From: Planctomycetia bacterium
GTDB lineage: Bacteria; Planctomycetota; Planctomycetia; Pirellulales; JACPPG01
Direction: 5' to 3'
DNA: 64,000 nt
NCBI GenBank assembly: GCA_016191115.1
Contig: JACPPG010000035.1
Span: forward strand, 2,681 to 66,680
The notes beneath the pieces were generated by a model. That model was not told the DNA's origin. It ran no database searches and saw nothing but the letters and a program-made list of their open reading frames with translations. A program made the translations under genes and the position numbers. This document shows, piece after piece, positions 38,735 to 48,907 of the stretch (positions within the stretch are counted from its first letter, which is position 1; each line of letters opens with the position of its first letter).

Positions 38735-39802
38735 ATGTCAGAAGCCACGATCAGCACTCTACCAACGCTCCACTGGGTCGGCGACGTCGGCGGCCATTTG
38801 CGGCTGATCGACCAGACGCTGTTGCCGGTCGAGGTCCGCGAGATCGACTGCCGCGACCTCGAGACCGTCTTCGAGGCGATCCGCTCGCTGCGGGTCCGCG
38901 GCGCGCCGGCCATCGGCATCGCCGCGGCGTATGGTCTGGTCATTGGCGCGCAGGCCGCTAACGATCGTGACGAAGCCGGCTTCTTCGCCGCGCTCGATTC
39001 CGCGCGTGCGCGCCTGGCGGAGAGCCGTCCGACGGCGGTGAACCTGTTTTGGGCGCTCGACCGGACGCATGGCGTGGCCCTGGCAGCTCGTGGGGCCACG
39101 TCGCCGCGGGAAATCGTCGCGCGATTGTTGGCCGAAGCCCGGGCCATTCACGAGGAAGACCGCGCGATGTGCCGCGCCATCGGCCGCTATGGTGCGGAGC
39201 TTCTGGCCGACGGCCAGGGCGTGCTCACGCATTGCAACGCCGGCGGACTGGCCACCAGCGACTACGGGACCGCGCTGGCCGTATTCTTCTCCGCCCAGGA
39301 ATCGGGCAAGCGCCTGCGCGTCTACGCCGACGAGACGCGCCCGCTCCTGCAAGGTGCGCGACTCACGGCCTGGGAGCTGCAGCAGCGCGGCATCGACGTG
39401 ACGCTCATCTGCGATTCGATGGCCGCCCAGGTCATGCGGGAAGGGCGCGTGCAGGCGGTCGTGACCGGCGCCGATCGGATCGCCGCCAACGGCGACACGG
39501 CCAACAAGATCGGCACCTACGGCGTTGCCGTCCTGGCCGCGGCCCACGACATCCCGTTCTACGTGGCCGCGCCCACCAGCACGTTCGACCTGTCGCTGGC
39601 GGGCGGCAGCCAGATTCCGATCGAGCAGCGCGACAAGCGCGAGATCACCCACGGCTTCGGCCGGCAGACGGCGCCCGAGGGCGTAAAGGTCTACAACCCG
39701 GCCTTCGACGTGACGCCGGCCCGGCTGATTCGGGCGATCATCTGCGAGCGGGGCGTGATCGCGCCGGTAACGCGCGAACGGATCGCGGCGGCGCTGCGCT
39801 AG
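38735..39802 (+). CDS. mtnA: S-methyl-5-thioribose-1-phosphate isomerase
   Basis: LIDQTLLP, VRGAPAIG, SRPTAVNLFWA, LTHCNAG, DETRPLLQGARLT, GDTANKIGTY and NPAFDVTP. Confidence 0.96.
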   Translation: MSEATISTLPTLHWVGDVGGHLRLIDQTLLPVEVREIDCRDLETVFEAIRSLRVRGAPAIGIAAAYGLVIGAQAANDRDEAGFFAALDSARARLAESRPTAVNLFWALDRTHGVALAARGATSPREIVARLLAEARAIHEEDRAMCRAIGRYGAELLADGQGVLTHCNAGGLATSDYGTALAVFFSAQESGKRLRVYADETRPLLQGARLTAWELQQRGIDVTLICDSMAAQVMREGRVQAVVTGADRIAANGDTANKIGTYGVAVLAAAHDIPFYVAAPTSTFDLSLAGGSQIPIEQRDKREITHGFGRQTAPEGVKVYNPAFDVTPARLIRAIICERGVIAPVTRERIAAALR

Positions 39803-39898
39803 GGGATTTGGGATTAGGGAAGTTTCGGATTTGAGATTTGAGATTGTGGGACTCAGGCCGGATCACAAGACCCTAGTCCCTAACCCCAACCCCTAATC
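39803..39898. repeat. Degenerate heptamer tandem repeats in inverted arrangement
   Basis: gggattt/gggatta/gagattt units followed by ccctagt/ccctaac/ccctaat units. Confidence 0.65.
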
Positions 39899-40056
39899 CA
39901 GGGCCGTTCACAGATGCAAGCTTGCCGGCGGCGCAGCGGCGGGAAAGTGGGACAGGCACCGAGACGCAGCCTTGGTATGAAAGGGCTTGCGCTGTTTGTG
40001 CTCGGAGCCAGTCCCATTTTCCCGCCTCGCCCTTTTTGAAAAACAGAATGGCCCTG
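39899..40056 (+). mobile_element. MITE family A, copy 5
   Basis: Both TIRs; acccctaatc at 39889-39898 recurs at 40062-40071 after 5 extra bases (acctg). Confidence 0.9.
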
Positions 40057-40173
40057 ACCTGACCCCTAATCCCTTACCGGTGCTCCCAGCGGCGCGCCTT
40101 GCTACAATGCGGCCAGGGGCCCTGAGACAGCGCGCGACATAGCTCGGCCACGTCTTCGCGCGGCGAGGCACCG

Positions 40174-40590
40174 ATGAGCGTCACCTCTGATTACCGCATC
40201 TATCCGTGGTGGCCACAGAACGGGAACGCGTGGGTGCATCCCGATGATGTGAAGCTCGCGAGACGGCTGATTCCCAGCAGCCGCATGTTTCGATCCGAAG
40301 GACGCGAAGGGTCGTACCTGGTCCTCGGATACGGCCCGTACCGCATCCGCGTCAGGCCGGCGCTGCGACAGCTTGTCCGCGGCGACGGATTCAACGTCGG
40401 CGACCAGGTCGAGGTCTGCTCGCACCGGGGCCGAAACCGGGCGATGATCGCCACGATCCGCGAGATGCGTTACGACAATCGCAAACGAGCGGTGCGCTAC
40501 TCGCTGCGAGTGCGCGGCAAGCCGGTCGCCCGCACGTACACCGCCGGAGACCTGCGAAAAATCGAGCGGCCGCTTGCGCCGATGCGATAG
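40174..40590 (+). CDS. Conserved hypothetical protein with probable SH3/KOW-like C-terminus
   Basis: YPWWP..WVHPDD and FNVGDQVEV; GAGG SD; TACAAT upstream. Confidence 0.7.
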   Translation: MSVTSDYRIYPWWPQNGNAWVHPDDVKLARRLIPSSRMFRSEGREGSYLVLGYGPYRIRVRPALRQLVRGDGFNVGDQVEVCSHRGRNRAMIATIREMRYDNRKRAVRYSLRVRGKPVARTYTAGDLRKIERPLAPMR

Positions 40591-40600
40591 CCGGTGTCAC

Positions 40601-40708
40601 GCGATGGTCAGTGTGCCACGGCGATGGTCAGTGTGCCACGGCTTCGCAGAAGCCGTGCGCGCCGCCGAGCGACCAACGCACAGCTTGCCTGACAGCAAAC
40701 AGTGGCAC
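40601..40708. repeat. GTGCCAC..GTGGCAC REPIN-like element with a 20-bp tandem duplication at its left edge
   Basis: gcgatggtcagtgtgccacg twice (40601-40640); internal hairpin cacggcttc/gaagccgtg; related to 54658-54732. Confidence 0.7.
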
Positions 40709-40722
40709 GAATGCGCGCCGCC

Positions 40723-41688
40723 CTATCGTGCCACCGCGTTTTTCTCGATGTAGGCCGCCAGCGTCATGTCTGGCCCGATGTAGTGGAACTGCTCGGCGAA
40801 TTCCAGGCCGTGGGGCTTGCCGCGCCGCGCGGCCGCTTCGCGGAACCGCAGGTCGGCGAAGTTCTTGATCGCCGCCGGTGCGTCGGTCTCCAGGGCCGGC
40901 AGCTTCTTTCCTTGCGCCGCAAGCTCGTCCCGAAGCCGGCGGACCATGTTGCCGACCATCGTTTTGTTGGCCTGGATGGCCGCCATCTTCTTGTCGATCG
41001 TCGAGCTGATGTCGACCACGCGGTTCACCTGCTGCGGGCCGCGGGCGTAGTAGTATTTCTCGCTCACGGCGTGCGGCTTGAGTCCGGCCGCGAAGTGCTC
41101 GGGGAAATCGAGATGCCCGGCCGCCATCCAGCACGCCGCCTCGACGCACTGGGCCGTCACGTAGTGATCGGGGTTCTCCTCGTAGTGGCCCCACGGGTCG
41201 TAGCTGACGATCGTGTCGATCTTGAGCAGACGAATCAAGAAAATGAGCCGGGCCCGCAACTCGACGCGCGACACGTCGTCCATGAAATGGTTGCGATAGT
41301 TGAGGTCAAAGACCTGCTTGCAGCCCAGGATGCGGGCCATCTCACGGTTTTCGGTTTCGTTCGCCAGCACGGTCTCGCCGAGCGTCAGGTCGTAGGAGTC
41401 CATCTCGTCGTTGCTGGTGCGGATGAGGTAGCCGGTGTACCCTTCGTCGATCAGTTTGGCGATCGTGCCCCCTGCGGCGATCGAATGATCGTCGGAGTGG
41501 GGCGCGATGCTGGCCAGCACTTTTCCGCGGTGCGGCTTGCCGGCGGCGGCCGGCTCCACCGTGACTCTGACGTCCTCCTCAAAGGCGGGCGATTTCTGTG
41601 TTTGGCCGACGCCACTGGAATTTTGGGAACCAGCGGTCCCCACCAGCCCGCCTGCTAGCGATTGCCCGATGAATTCACGTCGTTTCAT
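40723..41688 (-). CDS. PIG-L/LmbE family deacetylase with Tat signal
   Basis: MKRREFIG; IAPHSDD..GGTIAK and NPDH motifs. Confidence 0.88.
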   Translation of the reverse strand: MKRREFIGQSLAGGLVGTAGSQNSSGVGQTQKSPAFEEDVRVTVEPAAAGKPHRGKVLASIAPHSDDHSIAAGGTIAKLIDEGYTGYLIRTSNDEMDSYDLTLGETVLANETENREMARILGCKQVFDLNYRNHFMDDVSRVELRARLIFLIRLLKIDTIVSYDPWGHYEENPDHYVTAQCVEAACWMAAGHLDFPEHFAAGLKPHAVSEKYYYARGPQQVNRVVDISSTIDKKMAAIQANKTMVGNMVRRLRDELAAQGKKLPALETDAPAAIKNFADLRFREAAARRGKPHGLEFAEQFHYIGPDMTLAAYIEKNAVAR

Positions 41689-41774
41689 GTGGTTGACCTC
41701 GCTCGAATCGAAGGAATCCCAATTACTACGGTGGATCGCAAGCCTCTTCTTCGCTACCCTCGGCGGCTTTCACC

Positions 41775-41922
41775 CAGGGCCGTTCTGTTTTTCAAAATGG
41801 CGAGGCGGGAAAATGGGACTGGCTCCGAGCATAAACAGCGCAAGCCCTTTCAGACCAACGTTTCGTCTCGGTGCCTGTCCCACTTTCCCGCCGGTGCGCC
41901 GCCGGCAAGCTTGAATCTGTGA
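41775..41922 (-). mobile_element. MITE family A, copy 6 (truncated, one TIR lost)
   Basis: Starts cagggccgttctg; ends at gaatctgtga without acggccctg. Confidence 0.88.
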
Positions 41923-41971
41923 GATGCGCATGCGTAGCCAAAGCGGCGTCTGGACAGCGGTTTAGGTGAAA

Positions 41972-42001
41972 TTGACCTCCCACGTCAAGCGGCCCTAAAA
42001 T
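41972..42001 (+). promoter_or_regulatory. Putative sigma70-type promoter of dsbD
   Basis: TTGACC-18 bp-TAAAAT, 38 bp upstream of the ATG. Confidence 0.5.
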
Positions 42002-42039
42002 ACTGCGGTGTCCGCCCCAGGGAGCTTGAGGAACACCGG

Positions 42040-44571
42040 ATGACAAACGCGATGCCCGCGAGCTGGTTACGGCCATTTGTGCTTCTGGCGCTGGTCTGCG
42101 CGGGGGGTTCCACGGTCCACGCGCAGTTTGACTTTCCGGCCCTGGAAAAAACCGGCCAAGGCGGCGCTGTGAAGGCCGAGGCGCCTGTCGCCGTTAAGGC
42201 TGAGCTCGTCAAGGCCAAGGGGGGCGAGCCAGCCCGGCTGCTGATCACGGCCGATGTGGCCGAGGGCTGGCACATCTATTCGCTCACGCAGAAAAAGGGC
42301 GGACCCATCCCGACCAAGATCACCGTTGAAGCGGGCGACGGCTATACGGTGAGCGGCGACCTCAAGCCACTTACGCCGCCCGAGGCCCAGTTGGAGCCGG
42401 CCTTCAACAATCTCCTGGTCGAAACGCATGAGGGACGGGTCACCTGGACGGCCCCGCTCGAGCTGGCCGCCGATACGGATCTCGGGAAGCTGACGATTCC
42501 GGGCAAGATCACCTATCAGGCGTGCGATCAGGGGCGCTGTCTGCCGCCGGCCACCGTGGCCTTTGCCGCGCGGCTGGTCGATGGGGCCGGCGCCGCAAAA
42601 TCTTCGGCCCCGCTGGGCACCTTCAAGAGCAGCACCGCGCATGCCACGATCCGCGGCTACGTCGAGCCGAAGGTCGCCGCGCCGGGCGAAACGCTGCGGC
42701 TGGTCCTCGCGGCCGATCCTGACCCGGGCTGGCACATCTATCCACTGGCCGCCAAGGACCCCAACAAGATATCCAAGCCCACGCTGATCGTCCTTACGCA
42801 AACGTCGGGCTGGCAAGCGTCGGCCCCCAAGACCGACGGCAAAGTCGTCGAAAAAGAATCGCAGCTCACGCCGGGCGAGACAGAAAAATTCTACGACCAA
42901 ACCGTCACGTGGACGATCGAGCTGGCGATCCCTCGCGACGCCAAACCGGGCAAGTACCCACTCGTGGGCCTGATGGGTTATCACACGTGCCAGGACGCGG
43001 GTTGCGACCGGCCACAGGCCGTGCGCTTCCGTGTGGACGTGCCGGTCGAGCGCGACAGCGTCGCCGGGCAGCTTCCGCTCGAATTCACGCCGGCTGCCAG
43101 CTACAAGCAAGCGGCCGACGCGGCAGCCGGCGGTGATCGAGCGCAGAGCGGCGCCGCGGAGTTGGATTTGTCGCGGATCCGGCCGGCCGCGGCTGCCTCC
43201 CGCGATCAATCCCTTGTGGTCATGGCGGCGTTTGGATTCCTGGGCGGCTTGATTCTCAACCTGATGCCGTGTGTGCTGCCCGTTATCGGCCTGAAGATCC
43301 TTTCGTTCGTCGAACAGAGCGGGCACAGCCGCAGGCATATTTTCTCGCTGAATCTTTGGTACTCGCTGGGGATGCTGGCCGTGTTCATGGTGCTCGCCAC
43401 GCTCCCGGTCGCCTATCGGTTGCTGCGCAACGAGCAGTTTGGTTGGGGGCAGCAATTCGCGTACGACTCGTTCAATATCACGCTGGCGGCGATCGTGTTT
43501 GTCATGGCCCTCAGCTTCCTTGGCGTGTGGGAGATACCGATCCCGGGTTTTGTCGGCAGTGGAAAGGCGAACGACCTGGCGGCGAAAGAAGGATTCGCCG
43601 GCGCGTTCGCGAAGGGAGCGATCACCACGGTATTAGCCACGCCGTGCAGTGGACCGTTTCTCGGCACGGCGCTGGCCTTCGCGTTTGGTGAGCCGGCGCC
43701 GGTCGTGTACGCGATGTTCGCCTGCATCGGGCTGGGGATGGCTTCCCCCTATTTGCTGATCGGGGCCTTCCCACGCCTGATCCGCTTCCTGCCCAAACCG
43801 GGTGCCTGGATGGACACCTTCAAGCAGGCGATGGGCTTCGTATTGCTGGGCACAGTGGTGTACCTGATGACCTTTATCCAATGGACGGCCCTGGTGCCGA
43901 CCGTGGCGCTGTTGATGGGGTTGTGGGCCGCCTGCTGGTGGATCGGCCGGGCGCCGTTGTTCGCTGATTTCCAGGTCAAGGCGCGGGCATGGGCCGGTGG
44001 CGCCGCGTTGGCCGCGATTGTCGGACTTTTTGCATTCCAATGGCTCGGACCGATCATGGCGGGGCGTTTCGACATGGCCGTGGACAAGATCATCGAGAAG
44101 CGGGTGCGCGAAAAGAGCTTCGCCGGACGAGACGCGGCGCCGACCATGGCGGGCGCGGACGACAAGGATCACCTGCCGTGGCAGCCCTTCTCGATGGCGC
44201 GCCTGCAGGAACTCACCAAGGCCGAAAAGACGGTGATGCTGGATTTCACGGCCGACTGGTGCGCGACGTGCCAGGCACTTAAGAAGTTCGTCCTGGACAC
44301 AGCCGACGTGAAGGGCGTCGTCGACACCAATGGCGTCGTTCCGCTCTTGGTGGATATGACGCGCTACCCGCCCGCCGAGGCGGCTTTGTTGCAAACGCTC
44401 AGCGGCGGACAATCCGTGCCGGTGCTGGCCATCTTTCCCGCCGGCAGGCCGAACGAGCCGATCGTGCTCAGCAACGGCTACACCAAGGGCATTCTCCTCA
44501 AGAAACTGGGCGAAGCCGGGCCGTCGAAGGACGCCGCGAAGTTACAGATGACCGCACTGCGGCCGCAGTAG
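42040..44571 (+). CDS. dsbD: Thiol:disulfide interchange protein DsbD family (two N-terminal Ig-like domains, TM domain, thioredoxin)
   Basis: GWHIY..YQACD..CLPP module twice; LNLMPCVLPV, ATPCSGPF, LPKPGAWM and DFTADWCATC. Confidence 0.92.
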   Translation: MTNAMPASWLRPFVLLALVCAGGSTVHAQFDFPALEKTGQGGAVKAEAPVAVKAELVKAKGGEPARLLITADVAEGWHIYSLTQKKGGPIPTKITVEAGDGYTVSGDLKPLTPPEAQLEPAFNNLLVETHEGRVTWTAPLELAADTDLGKLTIPGKITYQACDQGRCLPPATVAFAARLVDGAGAAKSSAPLGTFKSSTAHATIRGYVEPKVAAPGETLRLVLAADPDPGWHIYPLAAKDPNKISKPTLIVLTQTSGWQASAPKTDGKVVEKESQLTPGETEKFYDQTVTWTIELAIPRDAKPGKYPLVGLMGYHTCQDAGCDRPQAVRFRVDVPVERDSVAGQLPLEFTPAASYKQAADAAAGGDRAQSGAAELDLSRIRPAAAASRDQSLVVMAAFGFLGGLILNLMPCVLPVIGLKILSFVEQSGHSRRHIFSLNLWYSLGMLAVFMVLATLPVAYRLLRNEQFGWGQQFAYDSFNITLAAIVFVMALSFLGVWEIPIPGFVGSGKANDLAAKEGFAGAFAKGAITTVLATPCSGPFLGTALAFAFGEPAPVVYAMFACIGLGMASPYLLIGAFPRLIRFLPKPGAWMDTFKQAMGFVLLGTVVYLMTFIQWTALVPTVALLMGLWAACWWIGRAPLFADFQVKARAWAGGAALAAIVGLFAFQWLGPIMAGRFDMAVDKIIEKRVREKSFAGRDAAPTMAGADDKDHLPWQPFSMARLQELTKAEKTVMLDFTADWCATCQALKKFVLDTADVKGVVDTNGVVPLLVDMTRYPPAEAALLQTLSGGQSVPVLAIFPAGRPNEPIVLSNGYTKGILLKKLGEAGPSKDAAKLQMTALRPQ

Positions 44572-44769
44572 GGCCCTACACGAGTGGCTCTTAAGGGCAT
44601 CGCGCGCTTGGCCGCGGTCGCCATGTTCGGTTTGCAACCTTTTTCTAGCAATGGCTTTAGGGGGATCGTAGCTCGGGCTTTCTGGCATAACTGCTTGCAC
44701 TTCGCGATTTCTGGTGAACAATAGAATTACCTTGAGCATTAGAATTCCAGAGCCGACTGGAATGCGGTC

Positions 44770-45897
44770 ATGCTAGACGAAAAAGTGAGCGTGGAAAGGG
44801 CGCTCGCCATCTTGCGAGACGTGTTCCCCCGCGCAAAATCGACCACGAGCCCACAAGCCGCCAATCGCAGGCATAGGCCCGACTTGCTTCTCCATGTCGG
44901 CGATCGATGCCTGGCAATCAAAGCCAAGGCGACGCAATCGGTCAGGATCGCCGATCTCGAAGGACGATTGGCTACCGCGTCGCTACAAATTCTGCCGGTG
45001 GCCGACAAAATCGCGGCGATACCGGTAGTCATGATCGAGTTGCCGAAGTTGGGCCCGAAGGCACTAGCCTTTGCGACGGAGTACATGAGCGAACATGCGC
45101 CATCCGTGGGTTGGTGTCTATTTGATTCCTCGGGGTCCTTCCGGCTTGACGTTCCTGGCTTGCATCTCTCGAAAACGCGGAGGCAGCGAATAGCAAACCG
45201 TTCTGCGTTGCCCCCAGCGCGAGGGTCGCTCTTCAGCGATCTCAATCGGTGGATGCTCAAGATACTGCTCATGCAAGGAGTGCCCAGCAACCTCTGGGGT
45301 GGACCAAGGCAGGCCGTGATGACGGCAAAGGACCTGCGCGCGGTTGCGAGCGTTTCGACTGAGAAGGCCTATTCATTCCTAAGGACTTTCAGTAGAGCGG
45401 GATATCTACGGGAAACCGACAGTGGGATAGTCGTAGTGCGGCGTGAAGAATTGATCCGAACATGGTTGAATCATGAGCTTGCGTTCCAAGCCGAAACCAT
45501 TCCCGTCCGGTGGCTTTTCGGTGCCGCGCCGAACTTGACAAGGATCTTGGTCCGACAGAGTTGCCCCACGCAATTTGCGGTGACCGGTTTTGAGGCCTGC
45601 AAGCTTCTCGGAGTCCTTCATGCGCCAGTTCCTCGCAAGGAGATCTACGTCTGCGGCAACCTTGACACGGCCATGCAAGCCTGGGAACTGCATAGATGCG
45701 CGCCGCAGGACGCGGCTTGTTTTCTCCTTAAAATGCCACATCCTAAGTCAATATTGAGAGGGTGCGTCATTTCACACGGGCTGCCGGTCGTTGATATCCT
45801 CGAAGCGACTCTTCGTGTGTCCGGGCAGGTGCCACGCGGTGTGGAGCAGGCGCAATACATGCTTTCCGACGTGCTCCAGTGGCAAGTCACCGTATGA
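44770..45897 (+). CDS. AbiEi-like HTH protein (putative antitoxin/regulator)
   Basis: N-terminal PD..KxK-like segment; HTH TAKDLRAVASVSTEKAYSFLRTF..GYL; C-terminal GLPVVDIL..RGVEQA; lower GC than the flanks. Confidence 0.6.
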   Translation: MLDEKVSVERALAILRDVFPRAKSTTSPQAANRRHRPDLLLHVGDRCLAIKAKATQSVRIADLEGRLATASLQILPVADKIAAIPVVMIELPKLGPKALAFATEYMSEHAPSVGWCLFDSSGSFRLDVPGLHLSKTRRQRIANRSALPPARGSLFSDLNRWMLKILLMQGVPSNLWGGPRQAVMTAKDLRAVASVSTEKAYSFLRTFSRAGYLRETDSGIVVVRREELIRTWLNHELAFQAETIPVRWLFGAAPNLTRILVRQSCPTQFAVTGFEACKLLGVLHAPVPRKEIYVCGNLDTAMQAWELHRCAPQDAACFLLKMPHPKSILRGCVISHGLPVVDILEATLRVSGQVPRGVEQAQYMLSDVLQWQVTV

Positions 45898-46748
45898 GTA
45901 GTGCATTGCCCGAAGAGCTGCAGGCCATCTTCGACGATCTGGCGAAATGCATCGTTGGGTTGGGGCCCTACGCGGAAGAAGCCGTGCTGTGCGGGGGATT
46001 GGTGCCCGTGATCTACCGGCGCATCTGGCAAGGTACGCCAAGGATTCAGCCACTCGCCACGTTCGATCTGGATTGGGCTTTACCGCGGAGGCTAGCTTGC
46101 CGTGGAGAGAGCCTCCACGACCGGATGCAAAAAGCGGGCTTTGAAGTGAGGCTGTCGGGCTCCAGTCAATTGCCCGTCACCCGATACGTACCCGCGCCGC
46201 CGTCGGGCCAAACACGGTCGCCATTTTGCGTTGAGTTCCTTGCGCCGCGCGACGGCGCGAAGCATAGTCGAAAGGGCACGAACCAGGGCGTCGTGGAGGT
46301 GCAGCCAGGCCTGCATGCGCAGACCGATCCGTATCTGGGTGTAGTGCTCACCGAGCCTATGACGGTTGACGCAGTGCAAATCCCCGACCTGCATTTGCCT
46401 GCGGACAGGTACTTCCGCGTACCGAACTCCGCCTGTTTCATCCTTCAAAAGGCGCTCATCCGCGATCATCGCGGACGAAGCAAGCAAGCCAGTGACGCCT
46501 GTCACATTTACGACGTGGCTATGCTCACGCACGACATCTGGCCAGAGATGTGCGGCGCGTTGAGTCGGATGCGTGAGAAAAACGCATTCCCATCCCGATG
46601 GTTCCAAACCGCGACCGCGACTCTGCACGAGTTGTTTGCCTCAGCGAACTCGAATGGCTCGCTGGCGGTTGCCCAAAACTACGCGGGACAAGTATCAGAG
46701 GAAGAGGCATCGCGCGCCATGAATGCTTTTTTGAAGGCATGTTGGTAG
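45894..46748 (+). CDS. Nucleotidyltransferase-fold protein (AbiEii/GSU2403-like)
   Basis: VLCGG..ATFDLD, VEFLAP, VPN..FILQK and K..SD motifs; ATGA overlap with the upstream gene. Confidence 0.72.
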   Translation: MSSALPEELQAIFDDLAKCIVGLGPYAEEAVLCGGLVPVIYRRIWQGTPRIQPLATFDLDWALPRRLACRGESLHDRMQKAGFEVRLSGSSQLPVTRYVPAPPSGQTRSPFCVEFLAPRDGAKHSRKGTNQGVVEVQPGLHAQTDPYLGVVLTEPMTVDAVQIPDLHLPADRYFRVPNSACFILQKALIRDHRGRSKQASDACHIYDVAMLTHDIWPEMCGALSRMREKNAFPSRWFQTATATLHELFASANSNGSLAVAQNYAGQVSEEEASRAMNAFLKACW

Positions 46749-46815
46749 CGAATCGTTTACGTTCGGCAAGAACGCGTCGAGCGATCGCGACTCAACAACT
46801 GCCGCGCTACGCGCA

Positions 46816-47877
46816 TCACGCCCAAACGGCCCCGCGTTCGCCCGCCGTCACGCGGCCGATCACCCAGTTCTCGACTCGCTGGTCGCGCAACTGTTGCGCG
46901 ATGCTGTCGGCGTAGAACGGGCTGACGACCAGCACCAGGCCGATGCCCATATTGAACACGCGGGCCATCTCCTCGTCGTCGATTTCGCCGAGCCGCGCGA
47001 GCCAAGGAAAGACCGGCGGCACCAACCAACTACCGCGATCGATGACCGCCCGCGCGCCTTCGGGCAGAATCCGCGACACGTTCTCCAGCAATCCCCCGCC
47101 GGTAATGTGCGCGATGCCGTGGACAACTCCCTTGACCGTGTAGTGCGCGAGGATTTTGCGCACCGGCTGCACATAGATGCGCGTGGGCGCAAGGAGCGCT
47201 TGTCCGACGGTGGCCGACAGCTCGTCGATGTAGTCGTCGACCGCCAGGCCGGCACGCTCGAACACGACTTTGCGCACGAGGCTGAAGCCGTTGGAGTGCA
47301 GACCGCTCGAGGCGAGGCCAAGCAGGACGTCGCCGTCGCTGATGGCCTGACCGTCGATCAACCGGCGACGCTCGACCACGCCCACGCAGAAGCCGGCCAA
47401 ATCATAGTCGCCCGAGGCGTAAAGATCGGGCATGACGGCCGTCTCGCCCCCCAACAGCGCGCAGTCGCTTTCCTGGCAGCCGGCGGCGATCCCGCCGACG
47501 ATCGCGGTCAGTAGATCGGGGTCGTCACGCGGCATCGCCACATAGTCGAGGAAAAACAGCGGCTCCGCCCCGCAGCACAGGGCGTCGTTGACGCTCATGG
47601 CCACCAGGTCGATGCCGACCGTGTTGTGCACGCCGGCCATGGCCGCCACCTTGAGCTTCGTGCCCACCCCGTCCGTGCAGGAAACCAGCACGGGGTCTTC
47701 ATAGCGGCGGGCGAAGAGCGGGCTTTTGAAGTCCAACTGGAACAGCCCGGCGAACCCGCCCGGCAGTGGAATCACGCGTGGCGAGTAGGTCCGCCCGGCG
47801 ATAGCCGGCAGTCGGGCCATGGCCGTGGCATACAGGTCCAAGTCCAGCCCCGCGTCTTTGTAAGTCGTCTTGGCCAC
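46816..47877 (-). CDS. purM: Phosphoribosylformylglycinamidine cyclo-ligase (AIR synthetase)
   Basis: [34 protein letters not shown] and FNMGIG. Confidence 0.97.
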   Translation of the reverse strand: MAKTTYKDAGLDLDLYATAMARLPAIAGRTYSPRVIPLPGGFAGLFQLDFKSPLFARRYEDPVLVSCTDGVGTKLKVAAMAGVHNTVGIDLVAMSVNDALCCGAEPLFFLDYVAMPRDDPDLLTAIVGGIAAGCQESDCALLGGETAVMPDLYASGDYDLAGFCVGVVERRRLIDGQAISDGDVLLGLASSGLHSNGFSLVRKVVFERAGLAVDDYIDELSATVGQALLAPTRIYVQPVRKILAHYTVKGVVHGIAHITGGGLLENVSRILPEGARAVIDRGSWLVPPVFPWLARLGEIDDEEMARVFNMGIGLVLVVSPFYADSIAQQLRDQRVENWVIGRVTAGERGAVWA

Positions 47878-48077
47878 TAAACTTAATCAAGCGTTGGGAC
47901 TAGGAAAACGGTCGATTCTAGGGAGTCACGGAATGGATTGTCAAACTGGGCGCAAGGACGGCGCAAACCCTCGGCCACCCGGATCCAACGCGCAGGTGCG
48001 AGCGATGCTCGCTGGCGTTACACTTGAGCCGCGTGCGATTTTTTCCGACTGCTGCGGGCTGCCTCCAGGAGGATTCC

Positions 48078-48830
48078 TTGAAACGAGTTCCCCGATTGTA
48101 CGCGATGGTGGCGACGATCCTTCCCATGGTTGTAGCGATGGCCTGGGCCGGCGACCCGCCGGCCGCGCCGCCGCTGTCGAAGGTGGCGCCCGCAGCCGAC
48201 CTGATCAAGCAGGTCGACCTGTATGTGGCCGGCTTTCGCGACGGTTTGGTGGATGAGGCGACTTATGCGGACAAGTCGCGGCAGATCGCCAAGGACGCCC
48301 ATACGCTGGCGGTCGTCGGGCTGGTCCTGGCCATGCACGACGAGAACCACCCGATGAAAGAGGCCGCGCTACCCCTTTCGCGTGCTGCCCGGCAGTTGGC
48401 CGATGCCAAGGATTATCCATCGGCGAAGAAGGCGTTCGAGGAGCTCACGAAGGCCGGAGGCGGATCGGCTCAAACGCCCAAGTGGGAGAAAGTCGCTTCG
48501 CTCGGGCAACTGATGAAGCAGGTGACGTTCGTCAACAATCGGCTGCGGCGCAACATGCGGCGCTTCGAGGAGCGTGCCGACGACAACGCGCGCGACGCCG
48601 CGATATTGGCCGTGATCGCGCAGGCCGTCACGTTCGACACGCACGAGGTGAAGGACCCGGCGCAAGTTGACAAATGGTACGAGTTGTGCGGTCAGATGCG
48701 GGACGCGGCCGGAGAACTCAACGCTCAGATTCACGCCAAGGACAAGACGGCGGCCGAAGCGGCGCTTGGCAAGATGGGGAAGAGTTGCGACGCCTGCCAC
48801 GCGACGTTTCGCGTCGTTACGACGCCGTAA
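48078..48830 (+). CDS. Cytochrome c'-like four-helix cytochrome c
   Basis: AGGAGG SD then TTG; signal peptide; C-terminal SCDACHATFR. Confidence 0.82.
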   Translation: MKRVPRLYAMVATILPMVVAMAWAGDPPAAPPLSKVAPAADLIKQVDLYVAGFRDGLVDEATYADKSRQIAKDAHTLAVVGLVLAMHDENHPMKEAALPLSRAARQLADAKDYPSAKKAFEELTKAGGGSAQTPKWEKVASLGQLMKQVTFVNNRLRRNMRRFEERADDNARDAAILAVIAQAVTFDTHEVKDPAQVDKWYELCGQMRDAAGELNAQIHAKDKTAAEAALGKMGKSCDACHATFRVVTTP

Positions 48831-48907
48831 CGCGTGGTATGTTTCAGCAACGTGATCGCGCACCACGAAGTTGGCGTCGACGCCCCTCGCTCCCCTGAGT
48901 CTTCTTC

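Noticed and set aside
44596-46717. 12-bp direct repeat ggcatcgcgcgc near both ends of the lower-GC islet, as possible att sites
   Set aside because: The right copy lies inside the NTase coding region, the word is GC-rich and low-complexity, and no integrase or tRNA is present.
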